IMG/VR virus record: IMGVR_UViG_3300023267_000002
Location: 1-50,828 of that record
DNA: 50,828 nucleotides
Origin: a virus
Taxonomy: Duplodnaviria > Caudoviricetes
Reading direction: 5' to 3' (one strand)
Of the stretch, positions 24,378-32,811 are shown in pieces. Each line of letters opens with the position of its first letter. The stretch's first letter is position 1. Made by a program: the position numbers and the translations under genes. The notes beneath the pieces are model-generated. The model was not told the origin of the DNA, did no database searches, and saw only the letters and a program-made list of their open reading frames with translations.

Positions 24378-25175
24378 TCAGTCTGCGAAGGGATCGTTGG
24401 AAGCCGCGGCGGGCGCCTTCTTCTCGATCAGCTCGTCGTCGATGAACTTGTCCGCCGCCTCCGCGTCCTTCATCTTCAGCTCCTTGATCTTGCCGATGCC
24501 GAAGCGAGAGCAGAACTTCTGGAGCTTCTCCGGGCCCAGCTCGCGGAGCTTCGCGACGAGCTTGCCTTTCGTCGCATCGTCGACGGGCTTGTCGCCGGCG
24601 TCATCCTTCGGCGCGGTCTTCGACTCGCCCTTGGCCTCGCCCTCCTTGGGCTTGCCCGCGGCGCCGTACGTCTCGAAGTCCTCGTCCTCGTCGCCGTCCA
24701 CCTCCTTCAGGTTGTGCAGCGCCGCTTTCGCGATGCTCGCCTTCAGCGCATCGGAGATGTCGGTCTCCGGCAGCACGTTGTAGGTCGTCTTCGTGTCGCC
24801 CTTCTTGCCGCGGCGCTCGATCTCGAAGACCTTCTTGTCGAGGCCGTACTTGTCGCGGCACTTCAGGATGTCCTTGAAGGTCACGATGCCGCACTCGTAG
24901 ATCTTCATCTCGCCGGTGTCCGGCGCCTTCGGGTTCGGCTCGAAGAAGTTGAAGAGGAACTTCGCGGTCGTCTTCTTGCCGGCCTTGACGTGCTTCTTGC
25001 CCTCGTCGGTCTCGATGTCGTGATACTTGTTCGTGTCCTTGTCGTAGACGACTTCGCGCGACTCGGGCTCGCCGACGAACACGCCTTGCACCTTGTCGCC
25101 GTCGTCCTTCAGCCGGACGTACTTGCCACCGCTCGCGTGCTTGTCGGCGACGGTCTTGCTGCTCTCCCAGCTCAT
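24378..25175 (-). CDS. putative single-stranded DNA-binding protein
   Basis: KYVRLKDDGDK N-terminus, IERRGKKGDTKTTYNVLP, acidic tail ending NDPFAD; first gene of the replication cluster. Confidence 0.65.
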   Translation of the reverse strand: MSWESSKTVADKHASGGKYVRLKDDGDKVQGVFVGEPESREVVYDKDTNKYHDIETDEGKKHVKAGKKTTAKFLFNFFEPNPKAPDTGEMKIYECGIVTFKDILKCRDKYGLDKKVFEIERRGKKGDTKTTYNVLPETDISDALKASIAKAALHNLKEVDGDEDEDFETYGAAGKPKEGEAKGESKTAPKDDAGDKPVDDATKGKLVAKLRELGPEKLQKFCSRFGIGKIKELKMKDAEAADKFIDDELIEKKAPAAASNDPFAD

Positions 25176-25226
25176 GGTTTTCTCCTCCGCGGGTTCCGTG
25201 ACTCGATGCGAGCCGACGGAAGAGCG

Positions 25227-25256
25227 GTGTTACCGCATCGCGATCACGATGGGCAA
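25227..25256 (-). promoter_or_regulatory. putative sigma70-like promoter for the replication operon
   Basis: TTGCCC-18 nt-TAACAC upstream of the SSB-like gene. Confidence 0.35.
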
Positions 25257-25401
25257 GAACTTCGCGAAGATCTCATGCCGAGGAATGTCCGCCCTCGCGC
25301 GCGCTGCGTGTGGAGAAGCCGTGGACACGACGGGGGAGAGCCGGCGAGCATGCGCGCGCGCTCGCCTCGGCGTTGCGGGGGCTCGGCGGAGCTTTCCGGT
25401 G

Positions 25402-26064
25402 CTACGTGCGGAGGCGAGCGCTCTTCATGAACCATCCAGATCGGAAGGCCTTCATGTCGATGAGCCCGCGCAGCGAGTCGGCGATCGTCGCGGTGCCGAG
25501 CTGCTTGGCGATGGCTGCGCGCTCGTCGTTGGTGAGCCCGACGATGAACGTGCTCGCTTCCTCTGCTGCCTTCGCGGGCCAGCCCCCGAGCTCCAGCAGG
25601 AACACGGCACGCAAGCCGGCGTAAGTGGCACGCGCGGCGCGAGCGATCTCGCGCTTGCGCTCCGCCGCCGACAGCTTCACGCGCGCGTCGTCGATGTACT
25701 GCCGAGCCACCGCGAGCACGGCATTGCGCTCGGCGAGGCCAGCGTGCGCGGCGTCGCGCGCGGCGGCCGCCACCTGCCCCATGCGCACGATGACGGGCGC
25801 CAGCGGGTTCGGTGACACCAGGCCCGCTGCGTCCACCGCCGGCGGCAGCGCGGCCTGCTGGTTGAGCAGCAGCAGCAGCGCGGTTGCGCACTCAGCGCGC
25901 GCGGCGTAGTCCGGGGCGACGCGGACCGCGAGCCAGGCGAGATCCGCCGGGTCGGAGTGTTTGTCCCAGGCGGCGCCCAGCGTCTCGAAGTCCGCCATCC
26001 GGGAGCGCGCGGGTTCGGCGCACCCCATCTCGCCCAGGACCAGATCTAAAGGTTTCCCCGACAT
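25402..26064 (-). CDS. Ala-rich hypothetical protein
   Basis: MSGKPLDL start with AAGGAGG RBS. Confidence 0.65.
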   Translation of the reverse strand: MSGKPLDLVLGEMGCAEPARSRMADFETLGAAWDKHSDPADLAWLAVRVAPDYAARAECATALLLLLNQQAALPPAVDAAGLVSPNPLAPVIVRMGQVAAAARDAAHAGLAERNAVLAVARQYIDDARVKLSAAERKREIARAARATYAGLRAVFLLELGGWPAKAAEEASTFIVGLTNDERAAIAKQLGTATIADSLRGLIDMKAFRSGWFMKSARLRT

Positions 26065-26385
26065 GCCGGCCTCCTTGCCGCTCCAGCCGTACCAGAGGCC
26101 GCAGGACGCCGCGAGCGGCGAGACGCATGCTCGGTTGGGCTCGGGCGCGAAGACGCGGCAGGGGCCCGCCTCGCGCGAGGAATCAGGGCCTCGCGCGGCC
26201 GCCGTCCCGTCAGCTCGGCGCGTGCCGTTGCGGGGGCAGCGGGGCGCCGGGGGTCCGGGTCTGGTCGCGCGAGGCACAAGAACAATCGCCGCGGCGCGAG
26301 CAACCCGGAAACGGGATCGTCGTGTAGCCTCGCCAGGCGTCCTGCAATCGCGCAGGCGTCGCCCCCGCCGCGCGGAAGATCGCAA

Positions 26386-26435
26386 GAGCCCCCGGCGGGG
26401 GCGGGTCCCGAAATCCTCCCCGCCCCCGGGGCCTC
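26386..26435. terminator. GC-rich hairpin between the late and early modules
   Basis: GGGGGCGGG/CCCGCCCCC core with an extended outer stem; no clear U-tract. Confidence 0.3.
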
Positions 26436-26540
26436 GACGGCTCCGTGGGGTTGGGGGAGGGACAACCGGGTCAGCGCTTCACGAGCACGCCGGCGCCCGG
26501 CACAGCGAAGTCAGTCGATGCTCCTGCCGTGCTCGGGAGA

Positions 26541-27185
26541 CTAGCCGCCGGCGGCGACCTTCGTCGAGGCGAAGCCGATGGGCTTGCGGGCGCCGCACAC
26601 GGCCCCGGTGAGGCCGCCGGCGCGCGCCAGCTTCGCCCACGTCTCGCATCGGTCCTTGCCGCCGTCCTCGCTCAGCGTGACCAGCACCAGCTCGCTGTTG
26701 GGGTTGGGCCGCCGTCGCACCGTAATCGGCGCAGGCCGGCCGCAGCGCCCGGACGCGTAGCCCTGCCACGCTGCGAGCCAGGGCCCGCGCGGGCAGCCTG
26801 CACCCTTCACCGCGACGCCAGCCTGCACCGCGAGCACGTGGATGGCGCGCTCGGCGGCGAGGCGCGGCGAGGCGCACACTTGCTTGCGCGTGTACGGGCC
26901 GAGCGCCATGGGCCCGAGCAGCTGGAAGGCCGTGGCGTCGCCGGCGGCGCCCAGCTTCTCGCACGTGATCACCCGCTGCTGGAAGCCGCTCTCGTGCGAC
27001 GCGATGGCCACCAGCGCGAGCGCCGTCGCCTCGCGCGCTGCATCGCCGGAGAAGGGGATCGCCGGCGCCTCGCGCACGGCATCCTCGATGGCCAGCGCAA
27101 AGGGCGCCAGGCGCGCGCGCTCTGCATCGAGATCTGCCTTCGGCGGGAGCAGCGACAGGATCGCAACCATGATCAGGTCCGTCAT
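26541..27185 (-). CDS. putative endolysin (lysozyme/transglycosylase-like)
   Basis: LVAIASHESGF...GD...FQL resembles the lysozyme-fold catalytic Glu (ES) motif; last gene of the late block. Confidence 0.55.
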   Translation of the reverse strand: MTDLIMVAILSLLPPKADLDAERARLAPFALAIEDAVREAPAIPFSGDAAREATALALVAIASHESGFQQRVITCEKLGAAGDATAFQLLGPMALGPYTRKQVCASPRLAAERAIHVLAVQAGVAVKGAGCPRGPWLAAWQGYASGRCGRPAPITVRRRPNPNSELVLVTLSEDGGKDRCETWAKLARAGGLTGAVCGARKPIGFASTKVAAGG

Positions 27186-27218
27186 GGGGCGCGACCCTGC
27201 CCGACGCGAGGAGCTACT

Positions 27219-27527
27219 TCAAGAAGATCCGCACTCGTCGATCTCGGCGCACGATGCGATGTTCGCGCGACAGTCGAGGTCGAGTTTCACGATCCCGCTG
27301 GCTTGCACGTTCTCGCAGACGGCCTCGCAGGCGTCGCCCTCTTCCGTTGGATTCCCCTCCGGACAGCCGAGGGCGCGGTACTTCGCGCAGACGTCGGCGC
27401 AGGTCACGTCTCCGCTCGGCGCCGCAGCGTCTGGCATGGCGGGATCGGTGACCGTCGAGCTGCTGACGCATCCGACCTGGCAGCGGCATCCGGAGAGCAG
27501 CAGGACAAACACGAGCGCGTTCTTCAT
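27219..27527 (-). CDS. Cys-rich lipoprotein (possible o-spanin)
   Basis: MKNALVFVLLLSGC lipobox; GGAGG RBS. Confidence 0.65.
   Translation of the reverse strand: MKNALVFVLLLSGCRCQVGCVSSSTVTDPAMPDAAAPSGDVTCADVCAKYRALGCPEGNPTEEGDACEAVCENVQASGIVKLDLDCRANIASCAEIDECGSS
27501..27512 (+). promoter_or_regulatory. CAGGACAAACAC motif (perfect, antisense to its gene; rightmost copy seen)
   Basis: Exact match. Confidence 0.55.
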
Positions 27528-27715
27528 GACACCTCCACTCTCGGGATCGGGATCGCGTAGTCGACTTGCCACAGCACGCGCACGAGCTTGCCGTCGACCA
27601 CCTCGGCCGCGGTGTGCGAGCTGTGCTCGCGGTCCTCGGGCTGGTCGCAATGGTAGACGTGCTGGTTGAACAGCAGCTGCGCGCGGCAGCACTGCACGGG
27701 TCGCGTGCTGCTCAT
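27524..27715 (-). CDS. small hypothetical protein
   Basis: MSSTRPVQCC; coupled at both ends. Confidence 0.5.
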   Translation of the reverse strand: MSSTRPVQCCRAQLLFNQHVYHCDQPEDREHSSHTAAEVVDGKLVRVLWQVDYAIPIPRVEVS

Positions 27716-28548
27716 CGTTCGCCGACGACGGGCGCGTGATCCACGACCCACAGGTCGTGGTAGGCCTCCACGTACTCCGAGGCGTGGAAGACGAAGCCGT
27801 TCATCCCGAAGTCCGAGCCCCAGGAGTTGCACACGCGGAAGCGGTCGCCGTCGTAGCCGCAGAGCACCATCGCGTGACCGCCGGCGATGTCCTCGCGGTC
27901 GCGCGGCGGCATCAGGTCCTCGGCCGGGTCGAACTCGGCGTTCACGAAGTCCATCGACACGTCGGTGCCGAACACGACGAGCCGGCCATCGGCGATGGCG
28001 CGCTTGCAGTCCAGCACGCGGCGCGCGCCGATGCTGCCGATGCGGCGGTAGACGGTCGGCGAGCGGTTCGGATGCGCAGCCTGCACCGCGGCGTCGCGCG
28101 GCATCTTCTGGAAGGGCGCATCGTCGCGCGAGATGTCGTCGATCCACGAGCCGTCGACGAGGCGCGCCGGGCTCTTCGTGTCCGAGTAGGGCCACGCGCT
28201 CTCGCTCGGGAAGCCGACCTTGTTGATCGCGTCGAAGGCGTTGCGGATGAAGGTGCCGTTATCCATCCGCGTCGCGTGGTGCGTGGCGCGAGCCCACCAG
28301 TAGATCCACAGCCGCGAGGGCAGCGTGGGCTCGACGATGCCCTGGCGCACGTGGCTCGCTCGAAGCGCCTGGGCGATCGAGTTGGCCACGCAGGAGCCGA
28401 TGCGGCCCTGGTCGAGCACGCTCAGGATGTACTTCTCGGCGCTCGCTGCCTTGGGCGGCGGCGTCGTGAGCTGTAGCTCGTCGAAGCTGCGATCGGGCGT
28501 GGTGCCGAGCGGCTTCAGCGGATCTCGGATGTAGCCAAGCGCGCGCAT
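27712..28548 (-). CDS. papain-like C1 cysteine peptidase
   Basis: DQGRIGSCVAN (Gln/Cys), GGHAM (His) and NSWG (Asn). Confidence 0.9.
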   Translation of the reverse strand: MRALGYIRDPLKPLGTTPDRSFDELQLTTPPPKAASAEKYILSVLDQGRIGSCVANSIAQALRASHVRQGIVEPTLPSRLWIYWWARATHHATRMDNGTFIRNAFDAINKVGFPSESAWPYSDTKSPARLVDGSWIDDISRDDAPFQKMPRDAAVQAAHPNRSPTVYRRIGSIGARRVLDCKRAIADGRLVVFGTDVSMDFVNAEFDPAEDLMPPRDREDIAGGHAMVLCGYDGDRFRVCNSWGSDFGMNGFVFHASEYVEAYHDLWVVDHAPVVGER

Positions 28549-29003
28549 TATCTCCTCCGCAGCTTGTAGCCGATGGCGATGGGCTCCGGGACGATCAGCT
28601 CGTCCTCGCTCGCGAGCATCATGGGCGGGTCGCCCTGGCGCTGGATGCGCAGGCCGGGCACGCGCCGGTTCACGACGATCAGCAGGTCGTTGTAGGCCTG
28701 CTCGAATTCCTTGATCGCCGCGTCGTAGTCCTTCTGCTCGATGTCCTCCGCCGCGAGCGCCGCGCGGTTCACGAGCTGGAGCGCGGCCCGAGCTCGGGCC
28801 ATCGCGTCGCGTACGGTCGCCTCGTTCGGAGGGTTCGGCGCGCCCTTGAAGTAGCGGTCGACGAACGCCTGGATCTGGTCGAGCACCAGCATCGCGTCCG
28901 TGACGACGGCGATGATCTCGGGAAGGGCGGCGAGGAGGGCGTGGCAGCTGGTGAGCACCGCGCACGCGCAGCAGCCGAAGAAGACGCGCCGGCGAGAGAT
29001 CAC
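28548..29003 (-). CDS. putative exported protein or lipoprotein
   Basis: SRRRVFFG..VLTSC signal/lipobox-like N-terminus. Confidence 0.6.
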   Translation of the reverse strand: MISRRRVFFGCCACAVLTSCHALLAALPEIIAVVTDAMLVLDQIQAFVDRYFKGAPNPPNEATVRDAMARARAALQLVNRAALAAEDIEQKDYDAAIKEFEQAYNDLLIVVNRRVPGLRIQRQGDPPMMLASEDELIVPEPIAIGYKLRRR

Positions 29004-29668
29004 GGTGCCTCCGGGGCGGCGGACGTCGCCGGTGGGGGCTGGATGGCAGCGGCTGCGCCCTCGACCTTCAGCGGGATCTTCACCTCCGCCGGCGCCGCGG
29101 GGGGCTTCAGCTCGCCACCGTCGGGCGCCTTGATCACCGGCGGGCGCACTGGCTGCTTGATCACCACCTCGTACTGCGGGGGCTTGCCGCGCACGCCGGC
29201 GTCGGTCTGCTGGATCGAGATGTCGGGCTGCTTCTTCGCCTCGTCGGCGGCGACGCTGACCACCTGCTGCGTCTGCTGCACCTCGCGCTTCGTCTCGCGC
29301 AGGACGGCGATGGCCTCCGCCAACGTGTTCTGCGTGTCCGCCACCTGGTCAGCCATCCGCGCGCTGCGCTCGTTCTGGAGGTACACCAGCAGCGCCAGCA
29401 CGCCGGCAGCGACGAGCATCAGGATGCTCAGGCCGATCATGCGGCGCATGCCCGTGCGCGTGATGTCCACCAGGTCGTCGACGGACGCGGCGACAGCTTC
29501 GAGAGGTTCCAACGTCGGTTCCCTTTCGGTGTCCTCCGGCGGCGTAGACGGCTCAGGCGTCACGGCCTCCACCTCGCCAGACGGCGGCGGCAGCGACGAG
29601 ATCACCGCGGGCGGTGGCAGCGCCGGGAGCGGCGTGTTCGGGATGGGCGTCGGATCGTCTTCGCTCAT
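29000..29668 (-). CDS. single-pass membrane protein with coiled coil (possible i-spanin)
   Basis: TM segment MIGLSILMLVAAGVLALLVYL followed by a coiled coil and Pro-rich tail. Confidence 0.6.
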   Translation of the reverse strand: MSEDDPTPIPNTPLPALPPPAVISSLPPPSGEVEAVTPEPSTPPEDTEREPTLEPLEAVAASVDDLVDITRTGMRRMIGLSILMLVAAGVLALLVYLQNERSARMADQVADTQNTLAEAIAVLRETKREVQQTQQVVSVAADEAKKQPDISIQQTDAGVRGKPPQYEVVIKQPVRPPVIKAPDGGELKPPAAPAEVKIPLKVEGAAAAIQPPPATSAAPEAP

Positions 29669-29967
29669 TTGTCGATGTCCTTGGCGAACTCTTCGAGGTC
29701 GAACAGGGAGGGCGGCCGGATGGTGGTCATCGCCTCGGGCGGGATGCTCGTCGACGCCATCCGTTCGGACGTGCGCACGGCGCTCGCCACGGACACGGCA
29801 AGGGCGGTGCGCACGGCGTCGAGGTCACGCACGGCGCGAGCTGCGCCCTTCTCTGCTCGGGCCAGGCGGCGAGCCGTGCGTGCCACCTCGCGCCGCTTTG
29901 CCTCGTGTCCGAAGGCGAGGAAGTCGAGCACGCGCTCCAGGCGAGTGGCTACTGCTGCAACCTTCAT
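29665..29967 (-). CDS. hypothetical protein
   Basis: MKVAAVATRL start; coupled. Confidence 0.55.
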   Translation of the reverse strand: MKVAAVATRLERVLDFLAFGHEAKRREVARTARRLARAEKGAARAVRDLDAVRTALAVSVASAVRTSERMASTSIPPEAMTTIRPPSLFDLEEFAKDIDK

Positions 29968-30563
29968 TCGTCGTCGCCCTTGGGCGGCTCGCCGCCGCTG
30001 CGCCGGGGACGCTGCGCCTGGTAGCTGCCGCTTAGCCCTCCGGCGCGCGACATGAACTTCGCCAGCTCGAGGAGCATCGTGTTCATCGAGCGGGCCATGT
30101 CGTCGAGGGAGCGCGCCAGCGTCGCAGCGTTCGTCTCGTTCGTGCGCATCGCCGTCGTGATCTGGAGCGTCTGCGTCTCGACGATGCCGGCGAGCTTCTC
30201 CACCGCGGCAGCCTGCCCGCCGAGGTCTTTGCGCCATCGGTCGGTGGACCCTTCAAGGGCGACGGCGGCATTCTTCATGTCCGTCACGCGATCGTCGTTG
30301 CTGGTCTTCGTAACCCGCATCGTCCAGACCACGGTGCCGGCCGCGATGATGATGGCGATGATGGCGATGGCGCCGAGGATCGATTCTTTCACCAGCACCA
30401 TGCCGGCAGCCTTGCCGGTCTCGACGAGCGCGGCCTGCGAGTCCTGCGCGTGCGCCGGCAGCGCGTACAGCATGACGACGCCCACCACCAGGCCGAGCAC
30501 CACGCCGAAGAGTACGCACAGCCCCAGCGCGAACGCGGGCGACTTCTCGATCAACCGGCGCAC
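29964..30563 (-). CDS. two-TM membrane protein (holin/antiholin-like)
   Basis: Two hydrophobic segments followed by a coiled coil. Confidence 0.6.
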   Translation of the reverse strand: MRRLIEKSPAFALGLCVLFGVVLGLVVGVVMLYALPAHAQDSQAALVETGKAAGMVLVKESILGAIAIIAIIIAAGTVVWTMRVTKTSNDDRVTDMKNAAVALEGSTDRWRKDLGGQAAAVEKLAGIVETQTLQITTAMRTNETNAATLARSLDDMARSMNTMLLELAKFMSRAGGLSGSYQAQRPRRSGGEPPKGDDE

Positions 30564-30564
30564 G

Positions 30565-30945
30565 TCAGGCTGCGTTCTGCACGCCGTTGTCGTTCGCTGG
30601 CGGCTTCGACGACGGGGCGCCGAAGAGGACGTTCGCGGCGGGCTCGCTCACGGCGCGCACCGGCGGCGAGAGCGCCTCGTGCAGCGCGATGGCCCCGCCG
30701 CCCGAGAAGAGCCCGGCGACGCCGGCGAGCAGCGCGGCTTCCCAGGTCGCGCCGTCCACCTTCGCCTTGACCATCAGCGAGGCGAAGCCGAGCGCCAGCG
30801 CGATCCACGGCAAGGCCTTCTTCGGGATGGCTGGGATCGAGAACTTCGCCAGCAGCGCGTTCATGGTGTCGGCCTTGATCAGCCGGATGAACACGTTGAT
30901 CGCGAGAGCGGCGAGCGCGAGCCAGGTGATCGGCGGTGCTTCCAT
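30565..30945 (-). CDS. putative holin
   Basis: 126 aa with about 3 hydrophobic helices; directly after the tail fibre gene. Confidence 0.6.
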   Translation of the reverse strand: MEAPPITWLALAALAINVFIRLIKADTMNALLAKFSIPAIPKKALPWIALALGFASLMVKAKVDGATWEAALLAGVAGLFSGGGAIALHEALSPPVRAVSEPAANVLFGAPSSKPPANDNGVQNAA

Positions 30946-30991
30946 CTTCTGGAAGATACCGCGCGCCGGGCGGCCTGAACAGGGCAGGGCG

Positions 30992-32788
30992 TCAGGCGGC
31001 GCTGGCGGGGACCTTGGGAATGGTCATCGTCGCGAAGGGCGAGATGTAGCCCGTGTCTGCGGCCGCGCCGGCGCCGCTCTCGGTGCGCACGCGCATCATG
31101 TAGAAGTTGGTCGAGTTGTCGATCGTCTCCGACAGGCCCGTGAGCTGCAACGTGTGCAAAGCGCCGTACTGCCCCGTCGTCGTGCTCGGGTCCGTGCCGG
31201 TGCCGACGGTGGTCTCCGCCATCGAGGTGCGGTTGACGCGAATGAGCTTCACCGTCGGGAGGCTGGCGGGGAGGGTCGCGCCGGCGGCCTGCACGCGGAT
31301 GCCGATCGCGGAGACCGTGGCCCCGTTCGGAAGGTCGAGCGGGATGTCGACGTTGAAGGCGCTCGTCGTCGAATTCTTGAACCCGTTGTAGAGCGTGCGC
31401 GAGAGCAGCGAGCTGTCCGACGAGAGCGCGCAGTGCGCCATCGATTTCGTGAGCCCCACCGGCGAGTCGTACTTGTATTCGGGCGCGAAGATGCTGGTGA
31501 AGCTCTTGTCGCCTTGGAAGTTGACGTTGCCGTCGCCGATCTGGTCGAGCTGGCTGCGCACCGAGCCCGCGGTCAGCGCGCCGACTCCACCCGTCGACCG
31601 CGACGCGCCGATGCGCTCGGCGCCATCGTCGTTGTTCGTGACCGCGCTCAGGTCGGTGATGATCTTGTCGACGGCCGCGGCGAGCGTGCTGCCTGCGTTG
31701 GTGCGTCCGCCGAGCCAGGTCGTGCGTGCGCCGATGCCGATGCGTGCGGCGCCGCCGCTGCTCACGACGGTGCTCAGGTCGGTGACGATCTTGTCGAACT
31801 GCGCTTCGACAGTGGTCGCCGGGTTCGTCGTCCCGTCCGCCCACTGCGCGCCGCCGGCGTACTCGATGTTGATGGCGCTCTTCAGCGCGGTCAGCGCCGA
31901 CTGCACCGAGCCCGCGGGGATGGTGCCGCTCGCGCCGACGACGCCGCCCTGGCCGATCTTGTCCGCGCCGCTCTGCCCGGATGACAGCGCCTTCAGGTCC
32001 GCGATCATCTTGTCCAGCTGCGCCTCGGCGGTCGCGGCCGGGTTCGTCGTGCCATCGAGCCACGCGGCGCCGCCGGCGTAGTTCACCGAGGCCGCGGCGA
32101 GGTTGTCCTGCGCGCCAGTCACGTGCGCGTTGTACCGGGCCAGGATGGCAGCAAAGGCCGCAGCGGGGCGCCCTGCACGGAGCGCGAAGGGAGTGCCGGC
32201 GACCACGATCGCGTCCTGCCTGCGCGTGGTGCCGAAGAGGCCCGAGCCGGAGGCGCCGCTGACGTCGGCGTTCAGGATCGACGTCTGGCCGTTGGTGCGG
32301 CGCACGTCGGCGATCAGGATGCCATCCGGCTGGAGCGCGGGGCGCGTGGCGACGCCGATGGTCGCCTCCGCGCCCTGCATGACCTTGAACTTGAAGCTCT
32401 CGGCACGGACGAAGTTGACCGACAGGTTGTTGCCGTCCGTGCGCGGGTCGCTCAGCGCGCGGTCGAACTGGAGGAAGACCGCAACCCACTTCTCGTTTCC
32501 CGGCGTGCCGACCGACGTCGACACGCCGTTGTAGTCGACGGCGACGTTGACGTTTTGCGTGCCAGGCACCGAGATGCGCTGCCCGAGCTGGTCGGCGGCG
32601 ACGCCGGCGGCGACGTCCACGGTCAGGTTCGGCGTCCCGCTCTTCTCGGAGACCGCGAGGCCGTTGAACACGCCTTGCAGGCCCTGGTCGAGCGTCATGT
32701 TGCGGTCTGCGATCTCCGCCGCGTCGAACGCGCCGTCCAGCTCGGCCTCGGTGACCTTCTGGCGGAAAAAGAAGTCCCTGCGATCCAT
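30992..32788 (-). CDS. tail fibre protein
   Basis: Follows the baseplate wedge; baseplate-attachment-like N-terminus; repeated YAGG..W.DGTTNPA...DK...DL units. Confidence 0.75.
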   Translation of the reverse strand: MDRRDFFFRQKVTEAELDGAFDAAEIADRNMTLDQGLQGVFNGLAVSEKSGTPNLTVDVAAGVAADQLGQRISVPGTQNVNVAVDYNGVSTSVGTPGNEKWVAVFLQFDRALSDPRTDGNNLSVNFVRAESFKFKVMQGAEATIGVATRPALQPDGILIADVRRTNGQTSILNADVSGASGSGLFGTTRRQDAIVVAGTPFALRAGRPAAAFAAILARYNAHVTGAQDNLAAASVNYAGGAAWLDGTTNPAATAEAQLDKMIADLKALSSGQSGADKIGQGGVVGASGTIPAGSVQSALTALKSAINIEYAGGAQWADGTTNPATTVEAQFDKIVTDLSTVVSSGGAARIGIGARTTWLGGRTNAGSTLAAAVDKIITDLSAVTNNDDGAERIGASRSTGGVGALTAGSVRSQLDQIGDGNVNFQGDKSFTSIFAPEYKYDSPVGLTKSMAHCALSSDSSLLSRTLYNGFKNSTTSAFNVDIPLDLPNGATVSAIGIRVQAAGATLPASLPTVKLIRVNRTSMAETTVGTGTDPSTTTGQYGALHTLQLTGLSETIDNSTNFYMMRVRTESGAGAAADTGYISPFATMTIPKVPASAA

Positions 32789-32811
32789 GTGCTCCTCCGG
32801 GCGCGTGGCGC

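Noticed and set aside
2725-27512. CAGGACAAACAC copies as a CRISPR array or REP elements
   Set aside because: The copies are 12 bp, irregularly spaced over kilobases, non-palindromic and mostly intragenic.
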